Source: Desulfobacterales bacterium (GTDB lineage: Bacteria; Desulfobacterota; Desulfobacteria; Desulfobacterales; UBA5852). Taken from it: DNA of 44,658 nt. The stretch lies in the NCBI GenBank assembly GCA_030066135.1, contig JASJCD010000001.1, positions 1 to 44,658 of the forward strand. Reading direction: 5' to 3'. Position 1 is the stretch's first letter. Every line of letters starts with the position of its first letter. Below, one piece after another: positions 1 through 9,971 of the stretch. Position numbers and translations under genes: made by a program. The notes beneath the pieces are model-generated. The model ran no database searches. It had not been told where the DNA came from and saw only the letters and a list, made by a program, of their open reading frames with translations.

Positions 1-331
1 GGTGCTCCCTCAAAGGCAGCCCGATATTCTCGGCCACCGTCATGAAATCAAACAGGGCCGAATCCTGAAACATATAACTGAACCTGCGGCGTAAAAGCCG
101 ACGCTGCCTGTTTTTCATGAACGCCAGGCAGTCGCCGTTGATATAGACACGGCCGCTGTCCGGTTGCATCAATCCAATGATGTGTTTGAGGAGCACACTT
201 TTACCGCCGCCGCTCTTACCGATGATCGTCGTAATCTGGCCGTGGAAAATCTCGAGATCGATCTCGTCCAGAACCAGATTACCGTTGAAGGCTTTCTTGA
301 CTTTCTCGAATCTTATTAAAGGTGCGCTCAT
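1..331 (-). CDS. mlaF: ABC transporter ATP-binding protein, MlaF/Mkl type (3' part outside window)
   Basis: Manual translation from ATG 331: MSAPLIRFEKVKKAFNGNLVLDEIDLEIFHGQITTIIGKSGGGKSVLLKHIIGLMQPD. Walker A is GKSGGGKS. Lies directly downstream of mlaE and is not in the ORF track. Confidence 0.88.
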   Translation of the reverse strand, partial: MSAPLIRFEKVKKAFNGNLVLDEIDLEIFHGQITTIIGKSGGGKSVLLKHIIGLMQPDSGRVYINGDCLAFMKNRQRRLLRRRFSYMFQDSALFDFMTVAENIGLPLREH

Positions 332-335
332 CTTT

Positions 336-1136
336 TCACAGCAGCAGAGAAGTTAAGATGTAATCGGTCACCAGCACGAGCACACAGGAAACCACCACCG
401 CCGTCGTCGTGGCCATACTGACACCCTTGGCGCCAAATTCCGTCCCGCGATGGGCATGGAATCCGTTGTAGCAGCAGACGGTCGTGACGACGATCGCGAA
501 CACGAATGACTTGATAAAACCACCGGTGACATCATGCAGCTGAACGGTTGAATGAATCCTTGCGAAAAAAATCCCCGGATCAATGCCCAGCATGGCCACA
601 CCGGTCAGATACCCCCCCATGATCCCCACCACATCGCACATGGCCGTCAGGAGCGGAAAACTGATCAGGGCTGCGCCCAGCTTGGGACTGACCATGAACC
701 GGACGGGATTGATATCCATGGTCTCGAGGGCGTCGATCTGCTCGGATATCCGCATGATACCGAGTTCCGCCGCCATGGCCGACCCGGCGCGGGCGATGAT
801 CATGATGGCGGTCATCACAGGGCCCAGCTCGCGGATCAGGGTCAAGGCCACACCGGCCCCCAGAACACCTTCCGAGCCGAATTTTACCAGCGTGTAATAG
901 CCCTGAAGCCCCAGCACCATACCGGTGAAAGCGGCTGTAAGGCACACCACCGAGACGGATTTCATGCCAATGAAATAAACCTGGTGGATAATTTTCTTGA
1001 TTTGCCAGGGCCAGATAAAAAGTTGGGCAAAACTGTCGCCCACAAAAAGCGCGTACTGGCCCAGCAGCCGGATGCGCTTTATGATCAGCCGGCCAAAGTG
1101 CGTGAACATCGGCAATGTGGTACCCGTCCCTGTCAT
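336..1136 (-). CDS. mlaE: MlaE-family lipid ABC transporter permease
   Basis: Motifs LIRELGPVMTA, ELGIMRISEQIDALETM and GAKGVSMATT. Start moved from 1232 to ATG 1136 (alternative 1109). Confidence 0.92.
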   Translation of the reverse strand: MTGTGTTLPMFTHFGRLIIKRIRLLGQYALFVGDSFAQLFIWPWQIKKIIHQVYFIGMKSVSVVCLTAAFTGMVLGLQGYYTLVKFGSEGVLGAGVALTLIRELGPVMTAIMIIARAGSAMAAELGIMRISEQIDALETMDINPVRFMVSPKLGAALISFPLLTAMCDVVGIMGGYLTGVAMLGIDPGIFFARIHSTVQLHDVTGGFIKSFVFAIVVTTVCCYNGFHAHRGTEFGAKGVSMATTTAVVVSCVLVLVTDYILTSLLL

Positions 1137-1242
1137 CGGTTGCCATCCAGCAGATGATTGCGATATGCCTTCGGGTCTTTGCGGGTGGGGATTTCCACAG
1201 GCAAAAACGGGGTTGACGGACAACGAGGGCAAAAATTATCAC

Positions 1243-1271
1243 AAAATATTCGCATTGAAATTGAAAGTCAA
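1243..1271 (-). promoter_or_regulatory. Putative sigma70 promoter for mlaE-mlaF
   Basis: Minus strand TTGACT-N17-TATTTT in an AT-rich divergent intergenic region. Confidence 0.4.
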
Positions 1272-1380
1272 TTATATTATCGGCAACTTGTGACGCCGAC
1301 CGGCGGCCCTCACCCGAAGTTCGCTGCCGTGATCGACACCTGCTGGAAACACGCCGAAAATTTATACATAAAAGACCAAT

Positions 1381-3231
1381 ATGCTCAGCATTGAAAACAT
1401 TCACAAAGCCTATGGCCAATATAAACTATTTGACGGCGTCAGTTTCCGCCTGAACACACGAGAAAAAATTGGTCTGGTCGGACGCAACGGTCATGGCAAA
1501 ACAACCCTCATGCGCCTGATCGTCGGGCAAGAGGACGCCGACGCCGGCAGCGTGGTAAGACCTCGCAACTACCGCATTGGATACGTTCAGCAGCACCTGG
1601 CGTTTACCCAGCCCACCATTCTGGCCGAGGCCATCACCGGTCTACCGGCCCACGAGGCCGATCAGCACTGGAAGGCTGAGAGGATTCTGGCGGGCCTGGG
1701 GTTTTCGGACGACGCCATGCAGCGTACGCCGGCGGAATTTTCCGGCGGCTACCAGGTTCGTCTGAACCTGGCCAAGGTACTCATTTCCGAACCGGATCTG
1801 CTCCTGCTCGACGAGCCCACCAATTACCTCGACATCACTTCCATCCGCTGGGTTGTCCGGTTTTTGCGAGATTGGCCTCGCGAGGTGCTGCTGATTACGC
1901 ATGACCGCTCGTTTATGGACCAGGTCGTCACGCACGTGGTGGGTCTCCATCGTCGTAAGGCCCGCAAAATTGAGGGCGACACCGCCAAATACTACGACCA
2001 GGTGGCCCAGGACGAAGAAATCTATGAGAAGACGCGCCAGAACGACGAGCGGCGTCGCAAGGAAATCGAACTGTTCATCAGCCGCTTCCGGGCGAAGGCT
2101 CGCCTGGCCAATCTGGTCCAGTCACGCGTCAAAACCCTCGATAAGATGGAAAAGAAGGATCGCCTCGAAGCGATCCGCAGCCTCGATTTCGCCTTTCGCG
2201 ATCACCCCTATCGCGGCCGTCAGATGATGGTCGTCGATGATCTGGCTTTTGGCTATACGGAAGGTCAGAACCTATTCCGGAACTTGTCCTTTAGCCTTAG
2301 CAAGGGGGATCGCATTGGTATCATCGGCCGCAACGGCCAGGGCAAGACCACCCTTCTGAAGGTGCTGGCCGGGGATCTGGCGCCCGTTGCGGGCACCACC
2401 CGCTTCAATCCCAATGTTCGTCTGGGTATCTACGAACAAACCCACACCACCCGTCTGGTGGCGGAACGCACGGTGGAAGAGGAAATCATGTCCGCCAATG
2501 GTGACCTCGATCGCCAGGTCGCCCGCAGCATCTGCGGTGCCATGATGTTCTCCGATGACGCCGCCTTAAAAAAAATCCAGGTCCTCTCGGGGGGGGAGAA
2601 AAGTCGCGTGCTATTGGGCCAGCTGCTGGCGCGTCCGCTCAATCTGCTGCTTTTGGATGAACCCAGCAACCACCTCGACATGGAATCCTGCGATGCCCTC
2701 CTGGCGGCCATCGATCAATTCGAAGGCGCGGTGATCCTGGTTACCCACAACGAAATGTTCCTGCACGCCGTGGCCCGTCGTTTGATTGTCTTCCAGGGTG
2801 ATCAGGCCGTTGTCTTCGAAGGCAGCTATCAGCGTTTTCTGGAGTCGGGGGGCTGGTACCTGGAAGAAGAAATCGCCAAGCCCGGCGGCGGCAAAACCAG
2901 CCCGGTGCGATCATCCAAGAAGCAGTCGCGGCGCGAACGCTCGCAGATCTTGACCCGCAAGAACCGGGCCCTGCGGCCGCTGGAAAAAGAAATGGCCGAA
3001 ATCGAGGGTGTGATTGATACCTGCGAACAACGGCTCCACAGCCTGCATGCCGACATGCAGAAGGCCACGGCGCGCCGCGACGGCCAGCAGATCGCCAAAC
3101 TGGCGCGCGCCATCAAGGAGTGTGATCAGACGATCGAGACCGGTTTTGAACGTTTGGATGGATTGAACACCGAACTGGAAGCCACCAAGGCCCGATACGA
3201 CGCCCAGCTGGCGCAGATCGAAATGGCGTGA
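1381..3231 (+). CDS. ABC-F family ATPase (ribosome-associated, Uup/YheS-like)
   Basis: Two NBDs (GRNGHGKT/FSGGY/LLLDEPTNYLD and GRNGQGKT/LSGGE/LLLDEPSNHLD), no TM segments, C-terminal coiled coil. Confidence 0.93.
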   Translation: MLSIENIHKAYGQYKLFDGVSFRLNTREKIGLVGRNGHGKTTLMRLIVGQEDADAGSVVRPRNYRIGYVQQHLAFTQPTILAEAITGLPAHEADQHWKAERILAGLGFSDDAMQRTPAEFSGGYQVRLNLAKVLISEPDLLLLDEPTNYLDITSIRWVVRFLRDWPREVLLITHDRSFMDQVVTHVVGLHRRKARKIEGDTAKYYDQVAQDEEIYEKTRQNDERRRKEIELFISRFRAKARLANLVQSRVKTLDKMEKKDRLEAIRSLDFAFRDHPYRGRQMMVVDDLAFGYTEGQNLFRNLSFSLSKGDRIGIIGRNGQGKTTLLKVLAGDLAPVAGTTRFNPNVRLGIYEQTHTTRLVAERTVEEEIMSANGDLDRQVARSICGAMMFSDDAALKKIQVLSGGEKSRVLLGQLLARPLNLLLLDEPSNHLDMESCDALLAAIDQFEGAVILVTHNEMFLHAVARRLIVFQGDQAVVFEGSYQRFLESGGWYLEEEIAKPGGGKTSPVRSSKKQSRRERSQILTRKNRALRPLEKEMAEIEGVIDTCEQRLHSLHADMQKATARRDGQQIAKLARAIKECDQTIETGFERLDGLNTELEATKARYDAQLAQIEMA

Positions 3232-3287
3232 CCAGTGGCCGCGACCCCTTGGCCCACCGAACCTCAGCGAGAAAGCGACGCACAACC

Positions 3288-3941
3288 ATGGCACCTGAAA
3301 AAAAATATCAGACCATCCTGGTCTGCCAGCAAAACGGCAGCGGCGAAGCCAAGATAGCCGGTATCCGCAAATACGGCGGACGCCTGTTCAAGATCAAAAC
3401 CCATGACATCGACACCCCCCTGCCCGAGTTGATCGATGATACGACCCCGTATCTCCCGGCCCGTCTGGAAGCCGACCTGATCCTGGACTTCCTCAAACAC
3501 CCGGATCTTTCCACCGACCTGGCACACATGGCACACCGGCAGGGCATACCGGTGGTGGCCTCCGGCAAGAAGATCCTGCAGGCCCTGACACCGCCCACCT
3601 GATGCGGTCTGCCCGGACAGGATTGTCTGGGACGGTATGGTCGTGAGTTTGGCAGCCCGGCATTCAGGGTCACGACGGTTGACGGCAAGGTTGAAACGGT
3701 GGATGTCTTACGCGGCGCCCCCTGTGGCGCCACCTGGGAGGCCGCACCGCGCGTTATCGGCATGCCAGCCGACCAGGCGGCCGTGCGCATCGGCCTGGAG
3801 GTCCAGTATATATGCGTGGCCGACCCGGCCGGATGGGATCCCATCCACGGAAAGAGCCCGGTCCATTTCGCCGGCAAGGTTCACCAGCAGGCCTTCCTGA
3901 AAGCACTGCGCGAAGAAGAGCAGCTTAAGTCCGACGATTGA
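3288..3941 (+). CDS. DUF166-family selenoprotein (UGA at 3600-3602 read as Sec; PPT-U-CGL)
   Basis: ORFs 3228-3602 and 3699-3941 are in one frame, separated by a single TGA. Read-through gives LTPPTUCGL...YGREFGSP...VLRGAPCGATW, a DUF166-like sequence. A SECIS-like hairpin follows the TGA. Confidence 0.85.
3609..3635 (+). promoter_or_regulatory. Bacterial SECIS-like hairpin
   Basis: CCCGGACA-GGAT-TGTCTGGG, an 8-bp stem at 3612-3631 extended by CTG/CGG. The G-starting apical loop begins 18 nt after the UGA. Confidence 0.75.
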
Positions 3942-3977
3942 TTTTAAACCTGCGGACCGTGCCCCCGCCCGCCCGGA

Positions 3978-4514
3978 TCATGCCGGACGGCGTGAAAGCA
4001 CTTTCCAGATCCCGAACGCGATTACGGCGCTAAGCCCCCCCTGAAGAAAATTGGGACCGATCTCGATCAGGGCGGCCGCACGGTCCGTAACTCCGAAGAA
4101 GGGAATCCGCTTTGCCAGCAGGGGGTAGATATGGGCCTCAAAGAGATAATACCCCCCGACCAGCACGACGATACCGACGGCAAGCGCTAGGAGAATACGG
4201 CCCGTGGAGGCATTGCGTCGGCTCAAAAGCCCGATCAGGAGCCCCTCGATGCCCTTGACCACGCCGGTGGCCAGGATGAACTGTGGAAAACCCACGGCGT
4301 CGGCCAGGGCCGGGCCGACCATGCCGACGGCCCCGCCCACCAGCGGTCCGTAGAGCAGGGCGGCCGCCATCACGAATGTATCGCCCAGATTGAAATACCC
4401 GCCTGTTGCGGGGATCGGGATCCGAATGACGGTCGTTCCCAGGAAAGCCAGGGTGATGAATGCCACCGTAACGCCGACACGGAACAACTGCTGCATCTGG
4501 TTGGACGGTTTCAA
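3978..4514 (-). CDS. ECF transporter S component
   Basis: IRIPIPATGGYFNLGD motif and several hydrophobic helices. TTG start at 4514 with GGAG RBS, overlapping the upstream stop. Confidence 0.85.
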   Translation of the reverse strand: MKPSNQMQQLFRVGVTVAFITLAFLGTTVIRIPIPATGGYFNLGDTFVMAAALLYGPLVGGAVGMVGPALADAVGFPQFILATGVVKGIEGLLIGLLSRRNASTGRILLALAVGIVVLVGGYYLFEAHIYPLLAKRIPFFGVTDRAAALIEIGPNFLQGGLSAVIAFGIWKVLSRRPA

Positions 4515-5215
4515 CGCGATCTCCTGTTCTGCTGTATTTCCCGATCGGGCAGATCGGCAATTTCCCGGGCCCACAGAGGGATGAAACGCAATGCGGCGCA
4601 GATGCCGGCAACGCCGATCTGCACCAGGACGGCCATCAGGGCACCTGGCGTGGCTTTACGATCCACACCGTTTCGCCAACGCGCCCCCCGTGATTCGAAA
4701 GGTCTTTCCTCCCGCACGACTTCGAGGAGATTGGGTATAACAAAAAACGTTATGTGATTAAAGACCCGCACGGCCATCAGAACTTTCTTCTCCCAGGACG
4801 CAACGCCGCGAGCGCTCCTGAGCAGATGCTGCTCAAGGCGGCCGAAGGGGATGGTGGCCACGATGCTCAATGCCAGTGGAATCACGCTCAGCATGTTCAA
4901 CGCCAGGCGTACATAATGTCCGCCGTGGGCATCGGCCGGAATGGTGGACGGTGAAGCCAGCCAGGCAAGACACCATGTAATGGCCGCCCCGCCAATTACC
5001 ACCGGCAGAAGAATCAAAACGCTCACCGCCAGGGCGCCGGCGGCGAAGGTTCCGCCACAGGTCAGTCCCACCGCCAGATTCACTGCGGCCGCATAAATGA
5101 ATGCGCTCCAGGTCACACCGGGCAGCGCATCCCCCAGTCCGGACAGGGGATAGACCCCCGTAAAGGCCGGAATCCCGACCAGCATCAAAATCAGAATGCG
5201 GCCTTGCCAGATCAT
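4511..5215 (-). CDS. Membrane protein, divergent ECF T-component-like
   Basis: Start at ATG 5215 (ATGA overlap with the ATPase stop). Several TM helices, SARG/ESRG and ALRFIP motifs, located between an ATPase and an S component. Confidence 0.55.
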   Translation of the reverse strand: MIWQGRILILMLVGIPAFTGVYPLSGLGDALPGVTWSAFIYAAAVNLAVGLTCGGTFAAGALAVSVLILLPVVIGGAAITWCLAWLASPSTIPADAHGGHYVRLALNMLSVIPLALSIVATIPFGRLEQHLLRSARGVASWEKKVLMAVRVFNHITFFVIPNLLEVVREERPFESRGARWRNGVDRKATPGALMAVLVQIGVAGICAALRFIPLWAREIADLPDREIQQNRRSR

Positions 5216-6531
5216 TGCAAGCGATTTGCCCTTTGCATCTGGATTTGGAACAGTTCCATCGAACCGGACGTCTGGTGGGGGTGAACTTTGCTGACCGCCA
5301 GACCGCTTCCGGCCCAGGGCCGCCACCAGGGCTTGTGAGAAATGAGCAGCACCGGAATGCCCTCCTGATGCGCCGCCCGGATCACCCCGCGCACATAGGC
5401 CAGCGCCGTGGCCCGCCGCAGGCCCCAGTCCGGTTCGTCCATCACGATCGCCGCCGGTCCGGCGGCCAGGCGCAAGGCGGCCAGCAGGATTTTGAGCTCG
5501 ACCAAGGACGCCGGCGTGCGCACACGACAAGCATCTTCAAATGATCTGATCGCCTCCGGCGTCAACGCCTCGTCCACCGTTGTCATGTCAGCCCGGATTG
5601 CATTGTAGAATCGCCCTACCCGTGCGCCGCCGCCAGGATTGGTGCCCGTGGCGAGTTGTCGAAAACTGCGCATCATGGCCTGGTTGATGAGATCCTGAAG
5701 CAGGAGGCGGACACGCCCTTTCGATTGCACGGTCTCCAAATCGGCCTGCCCCTCATGGGGCATGGCCCGGGCCAATATCTTGGCCACAAGGCTTTTGCCC
5801 TGACCGTTGTCGCCCTGGATCAGGCAGGGGGAACGCAGATTGAATTCACCATCCGCAATCAAGGCGTGCAGCTGCCGGTTATGCAGGCGGTCGAAGATCG
5901 AATTCAGGATGACCCGCGCCCGGCAGAAGACGAGTCGGAATTCCGGTCCGGAAGGCAACCCGGTCCGAAGATCGGGCGTGGCGGCATCATCCTCGCCTTC
6001 CAGGGCGAAGACCTCCAGGGGCTTGCCCAGCGTGCGGCAGTGATCGGCCAGGGCATAGAAAAAACGTCGATTGTTCTGCGACAGCCAGCTGAAAGGGCTT
6101 GCCAATGTCAGGCGGTCGGCGTGAACCGCCGCGGTGAAGGCCTTGGCCAGCGCCAGGCGGACGGTCTCCCCGCCCGAAAGTGAGCGTACCGGTTGGTTCA
6201 AGTGCGATCGAAGGCCGAAGCGCACAGCGATATCCTCCAGGTCCGCAGTCACTTCGGTCGATGACGGTGCGGCGGTCATGATAACGGCCTGAAGTACCTG
6301 GCGGGGGGTTCCGAACGCCAGGCAATCGCGGGGGTTACTGGTGATGTAGTGCTCGGCGCGGCGGGCCGAAGCCTCCGGCAGGGCGTCAAACAGGCGCTGG
6401 AAATCCCGCCAGAAGAGGGCCGTGCCGCCGTGCTTGCGGGGCAATAGGGTCGCGATCCGGCGACGGAAGGCATTTTCGAGGGCCTCGTAATCACGGAAGT
6501 AACGCGTGGTTATGTCCGGGTCCCGCTTCAC
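5212..6531 (-). CDS. Degenerate double-domain ABC ATPase (ECF A-like)
   Basis: N-half has the signature LSGGE but no recognisable Walker A/B. C-half has Walker A GDNGQGKS, Walker B IVMDEP and H-loop ISH. Confidence 0.7.
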   Translation of the reverse strand: MKRDPDITTRYFRDYEALENAFRRRIATLLPRKHGGTALFWRDFQRLFDALPEASARRAEHYITSNPRDCLAFGTPRQVLQAVIMTAAPSSTEVTADLEDIAVRFGLRSHLNQPVRSLSGGETVRLALAKAFTAAVHADRLTLASPFSWLSQNNRRFFYALADHCRTLGKPLEVFALEGEDDAATPDLRTGLPSGPEFRLVFCRARVILNSIFDRLHNRQLHALIADGEFNLRSPCLIQGDNGQGKSLVAKILARAMPHEGQADLETVQSKGRVRLLLQDLINQAMMRSFRQLATGTNPGGGARVGRFYNAIRADMTTVDEALTPEAIRSFEDACRVRTPASLVELKILLAALRLAAGPAAIVMDEPDWGLRRATALAYVRGVIRAAHQEGIPVLLISHKPWWRPWAGSGLAVSKVHPHQTSGSMELFQIQMQRANRLQ

Positions 6532-6724
6532 CCTCGTTTGCCCTTTGCGTCCCCTTGCTACCCTGAAATATCGAATACGGATTGCCGCGCTTGTCGGGAT
6601 GACCCCTTAACAGGGTCGCCCGGAAAGGACAACCGTTTTCGCAATCAGGTCCGAGCCGTCTGGGTACGGTTGGATTCCCGGTTGCTTGTGGGCGTCGTGC
6701 GTCGCGTGGGATACCAATTCACGG

Positions 6725-8410
6725 TCACGACGGATTGCAGATTTTTTCCAACAGGACCTGGGTAATGAGGTAAGTGGGGGCAATCCCTTCCTGCCCCATG
6801 GGGCCCGATGCCAGGGTCTGTCCGCTCTTGAGGGGATTGTCGGAGGCATAGTAGGCATAGCGGGTTTTGATATCGCTGCTGATGTGGCCTTTGATCAGCG
6901 CGGCGTTGATGGCACGCTGGTAATGGCCGCCCTCCATTTCCAGACCGATCGCCTTCCAGCCGCGCTGGATACGGCGCAAAATGTCTTTGTTCTGAAGCGA
7001 GGTGCCCACCACCGTCAGCATGGGTCCATTGAAGGTATTGATGCGGCCCTCGAAGTCTTCCACCGCCAGGTCGTTATGCACAAGGTAGTTGTCCGTGGTC
7101 CCCTCGATGACATGGGCGTTGGCCAGCATAACATCGCCTTTATTGCCCGTCAGGATGCCGGCCTTGCCCATGATGGCGATCGAGCGGAAGTCAAAATACT
7201 GCTTTTTTCCATCAACCGTATAGGGCTCGAGCAGGCTCTCCATCAGTTCGAAAGCCTGGGCGCCAAAGGCGTAGTCCATGACCAGGATGACAGGCTGGTC
7301 CTTTTCAACCGCCTCGGAAGAAAAACGGACTTGTGGATGGACGCCATCGGGATCCAGCCGGGCGGTATCGATGATCTGGCAGTCTACGTGGGTTCCGGCC
7401 CCGTCGGGCATGACAAACAACCCTCGTTCGCGACCGTAATCGACGGCATCGATCTGATTCGCCAACAGCGCCGCGACCATTGCGGGAATACTATCCTCGG
7501 GTATTTTGCGGCCTGCCTTCCCCAGCGCGCCGGCCCCATAGAAAATATTGACCACGCTGTGCAGATTGGCGCTGATGATGTGCACCGGTCGTGCCTGAAG
7601 CCCGAGTTCGATCAATTTGTCTTTAAGCGTAGCAGCCCATTGCTTGCCGTATTTATGGTGGCCGATGTTGTTCATCAGGGAGGGGGTCATATAGATAATC
7701 AGGGCATCCTCTTTGGATTCCCGCTCGGCTTCGACACGTTTGCCCAGATGATAGACAAGGGCAAAGAGCCCGCCGTCGGCCTGTCCACTGGAGCGGCTTT
7801 GCACCAGATAGTCGTGGGTGGCCCGCGTTTCCAGAAAGGACCGGCCGATGATGATGCTCAGGTTCCACAGGGCCTGGTCGAGATCGTCGCCCGCGGGCGT
7901 CTTGCCGCTGAGGACGAGTTTCTCCAGATCGACCCATTCAACCGTCTGATGACCGGATTCGTCATAAATGCGTTCGGAGATCTTCTGGGCCTCGATGCAC
8001 AGGAACGTGAGATGGGTGAGTATATCGTAGATTTCGCTGATGCCCCGGGTAATGACGAAACAGATTTCCCGGTCCGTGACCCGATAGGATGTCCGCCGCC
8101 GTTTGGGCGGCTCGATTTTTTCGAAATGCGTTTCATCGAAGCCCTCTTCTTCCGTCAGGATGATACGCGTACACTTTTCGATCCCCTCGGGCAGGCGGTC
8201 GATCACGTACTCGAGCCCTTTGAGTTCCACCACACGCCGGTCGTTCATCGAGCCATAGATCTCCGGGTCCAGATTGCGCAGGCTGTCGGCCAGCGCCTGG
8301 CCGAAACGGTCCGACGGCCGGTAGTGGCCGCGAAGCCCCATGGCATCGGCCACCGTCTTGAAGCTGCGGATCGCCATGCGTGCTTTTTGGGATTTGGAAG
8401 GCGTCGTCAT
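6725..8410 (-). CDS. DUF6909-like protein with C-terminal nucleoside phosphorylase-like fold
   Basis: PEIYGS...VELKGLEYVIDRLPEGIE N-terminus recalled from the DUF6909 family. C-terminal MGKAG and GLEMEG...YASD resemble the PNP/AMP nucleosidase fold. Confidence 0.65.
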   Translation of the reverse strand: MTTPSKSQKARMAIRSFKTVADAMGLRGHYRPSDRFGQALADSLRNLDPEIYGSMNDRRVVELKGLEYVIDRLPEGIEKCTRIILTEEEGFDETHFEKIEPPKRRRTSYRVTDREICFVITRGISEIYDILTHLTFLCIEAQKISERIYDESGHQTVEWVDLEKLVLSGKTPAGDDLDQALWNLSIIIGRSFLETRATHDYLVQSRSSGQADGGLFALVYHLGKRVEAERESKEDALIIYMTPSLMNNIGHHKYGKQWAATLKDKLIELGLQARPVHIISANLHSVVNIFYGAGALGKAGRKIPEDSIPAMVAALLANQIDAVDYGRERGLFVMPDGAGTHVDCQIIDTARLDPDGVHPQVRFSSEAVEKDQPVILVMDYAFGAQAFELMESLLEPYTVDGKKQYFDFRSIAIMGKAGILTGNKGDVMLANAHVIEGTTDNYLVHNDLAVEDFEGRINTFNGPMLTVVGTSLQNKDILRRIQRGWKAIGLEMEGGHYQRAINAALIKGHISSDIKTRYAYYASDNPLKSGQTLASGPMGQEGIAPTYLITQVLLEKICNPS

Positions 8411-8729
8411 CGTCTAACCTCGCTCGTGGGGGGCGTCGACAAAGGTGAACACCCTGAGATTAGATTGAATTAGAGGTGCGGTCAAGTCCGTAACACTCAG
8501 GGACCGGCGAGGGAATCCCTACAAATGGTGGGCAGTTCTTGGATGGAAGACCGGAGGCGCATCGCCACGATGGGAATCCGACCTGGGACCAAGGCGGTCG
8601 CAAACCCTGGTCCGCCTGCTTACTTCTGTATGGCCATAGCTTGAAATAATCACCCCTCGGGGAACAGACCCTCACGAAAATCTGTTGGATACGTTTTCTC
8701 CGGCAGGTGCGCATGCGACCGACGGCCGG

Positions 8730-9254
8730 TTAGACCCCCTTTTTCTCAAACAGCCGGAACATCGCCAGACACAAAGATGCCAAGACGACGATCACGATCC
8801 AAGGCGACAGGCCCGTCGCCTGGGGCAGGGTGATCTTGCCCCATTGCCCCCAGGAAATGACAGTGGCTTTGGCCACCGGATAGAACAGCGCGTACAGCGC
8901 ACCCCCGGCCACCATACCCACCAAACCCCAGGCGGCGTCCAGACGTCCCTCGCCCAGGGCGCCCCCGGCCGTTCCGGGGCAGTAGCCCAGAAGCCCCCAG
9001 CCAATGCCGAAGACGGTGCCCCCCACGACCTGGGCACCAATTGACGTCGATTTGAGACTGAGCGCCACCATTCCCAGATCTTTGAGCACATAGATTCCGA
9101 CGGCCGCCACCAGGATGGCGGACAGCATGAATTTAAATATGGTCATGTCTTTCAGACGCAGGGCACCCACCTGGCGGTCGTAGCGCAATACCTCCGCGCG
9201 CTGCAGCAAGATACCGAATAAAATCCCCGTTAGCAGTCCGTATAGCAAGCTCAT
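8730..9254 (-). CDS. YeeE/YedE family sulfur-compound transporter subunit
   Basis: GGTVFGIGWGLLGYCPGT motif; hydrophobic. Confidence 0.85.
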   Translation of the reverse strand: MSLLYGLLTGILFGILLQRAEVLRYDRQVGALRLKDMTIFKFMLSAILVAAVGIYVLKDLGMVALSLKSTSIGAQVVGGTVFGIGWGLLGYCPGTAGGALGEGRLDAAWGLVGMVAGGALYALFYPVAKATVISWGQWGKITLPQATGLSPWIVIVVLASLCLAMFRLFEKKGV

Positions 9255-9269
9255 TGTATTCTCCTTGGT

Positions 9270-9788
9270 CTAATCGCGGTAGAGCAGTTTGGCGGTGATC
9301 CATCCGCCGACGAAGAAAAAGGTAAGGGCCACAAAACCGCTGACGGCAAGTTGGGCCAATCCGCTGAGACCGTGGCCGCTGGGGCACCCCCCGGCCAGGC
9401 GGGCGCCGAAAATCAGAATGGCACCACCGACAAAGGCGGTCAGGTTGCGCCACAGCGGGCGCTCACCAAAGCGCTCGGCCCACATGGTGGGAACAGGCTG
9501 CAATTTAAAGGTGCCCGAAGCCAGCGAGGCGCCCAGGCCTCCCAGAGCTATGCCCACGACAAACAGCACCTGCCAGTTGGGGATCGAATCCGGGCCGAAC
9601 TTGCCGCCTTTGGTGGTGAAATATTCGATACGGCCGGTATCGATCCCGGCCACCGCTTCAATTTTGGCCGCCGTGCGGGCAAAGGTGGTGGACGCTCCGA
9701 AATACTTGCCAGCCACCAGCACCGACAGGGTCAGCAAGACACCAGTCAATGCGCCGGCGATGTACGGGTTCCAGGTATTCGATTGCAT
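9270..9788 (-). CDS. YeeE/YedE family sulfur-compound transporter subunit
   Basis: WNPYIAG and FGARLAGGCPSGHGLSG motifs. Start at ATG 9788 with GGAG RBS. Confidence 0.87.
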   Translation of the reverse strand: MQSNTWNPYIAGALTGVLLTLSVLVAGKYFGASTTFARTAAKIEAVAGIDTGRIEYFTTKGGKFGPDSIPNWQVLFVVGIALGGLGASLASGTFKLQPVPTMWAERFGERPLWRNLTAFVGGAILIFGARLAGGCPSGHGLSGLAQLAVSGFVALTFFFVGGWITAKLLYRD

Positions 9789-9971
9789 AGGGTCTCCTTG
9801 TCTCAATTCGGGTCGGGCAGCGATCCGACCGTTCATGCGATGGGGAAAAGGCCTTTTTTTCAAACGCCAGGCCCATTGTCGCTGCTGGTATCTACTGATC
9901 ACCAGACCGCCAGAAGGTTACAAAAAAAGGAATCCTGGCCTTCCCGCCGGGATAGTGGCGGCACTTCAGGT

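Noticed and set aside
3228-3941. Two separate ORFs or a nonsense pseudogene
   Set aside because: Same frame, single TGA next to Cys, and a SECIS-like hairpin favour Sec read-through.
5216-5530. Extended N-terminus of the 4511-5530 ORF
   Set aside because: Overlaps the ATPase; ATGA coupling at 5212-5215 marks the likely start.
6686-8473. 595-aa plus-strand ORF
   Set aside because: Antisense shadow of the DUF6909-like gene with no motifs; expected from GC-rich codon bias.
8471-8640. AGAGGTGCG resembling the 5' end of a lysine riboswitch
   Set aside because: Downstream GCCGAA and ACTGTC motifs are missing, and the orientation is opposite to the flanking genes.
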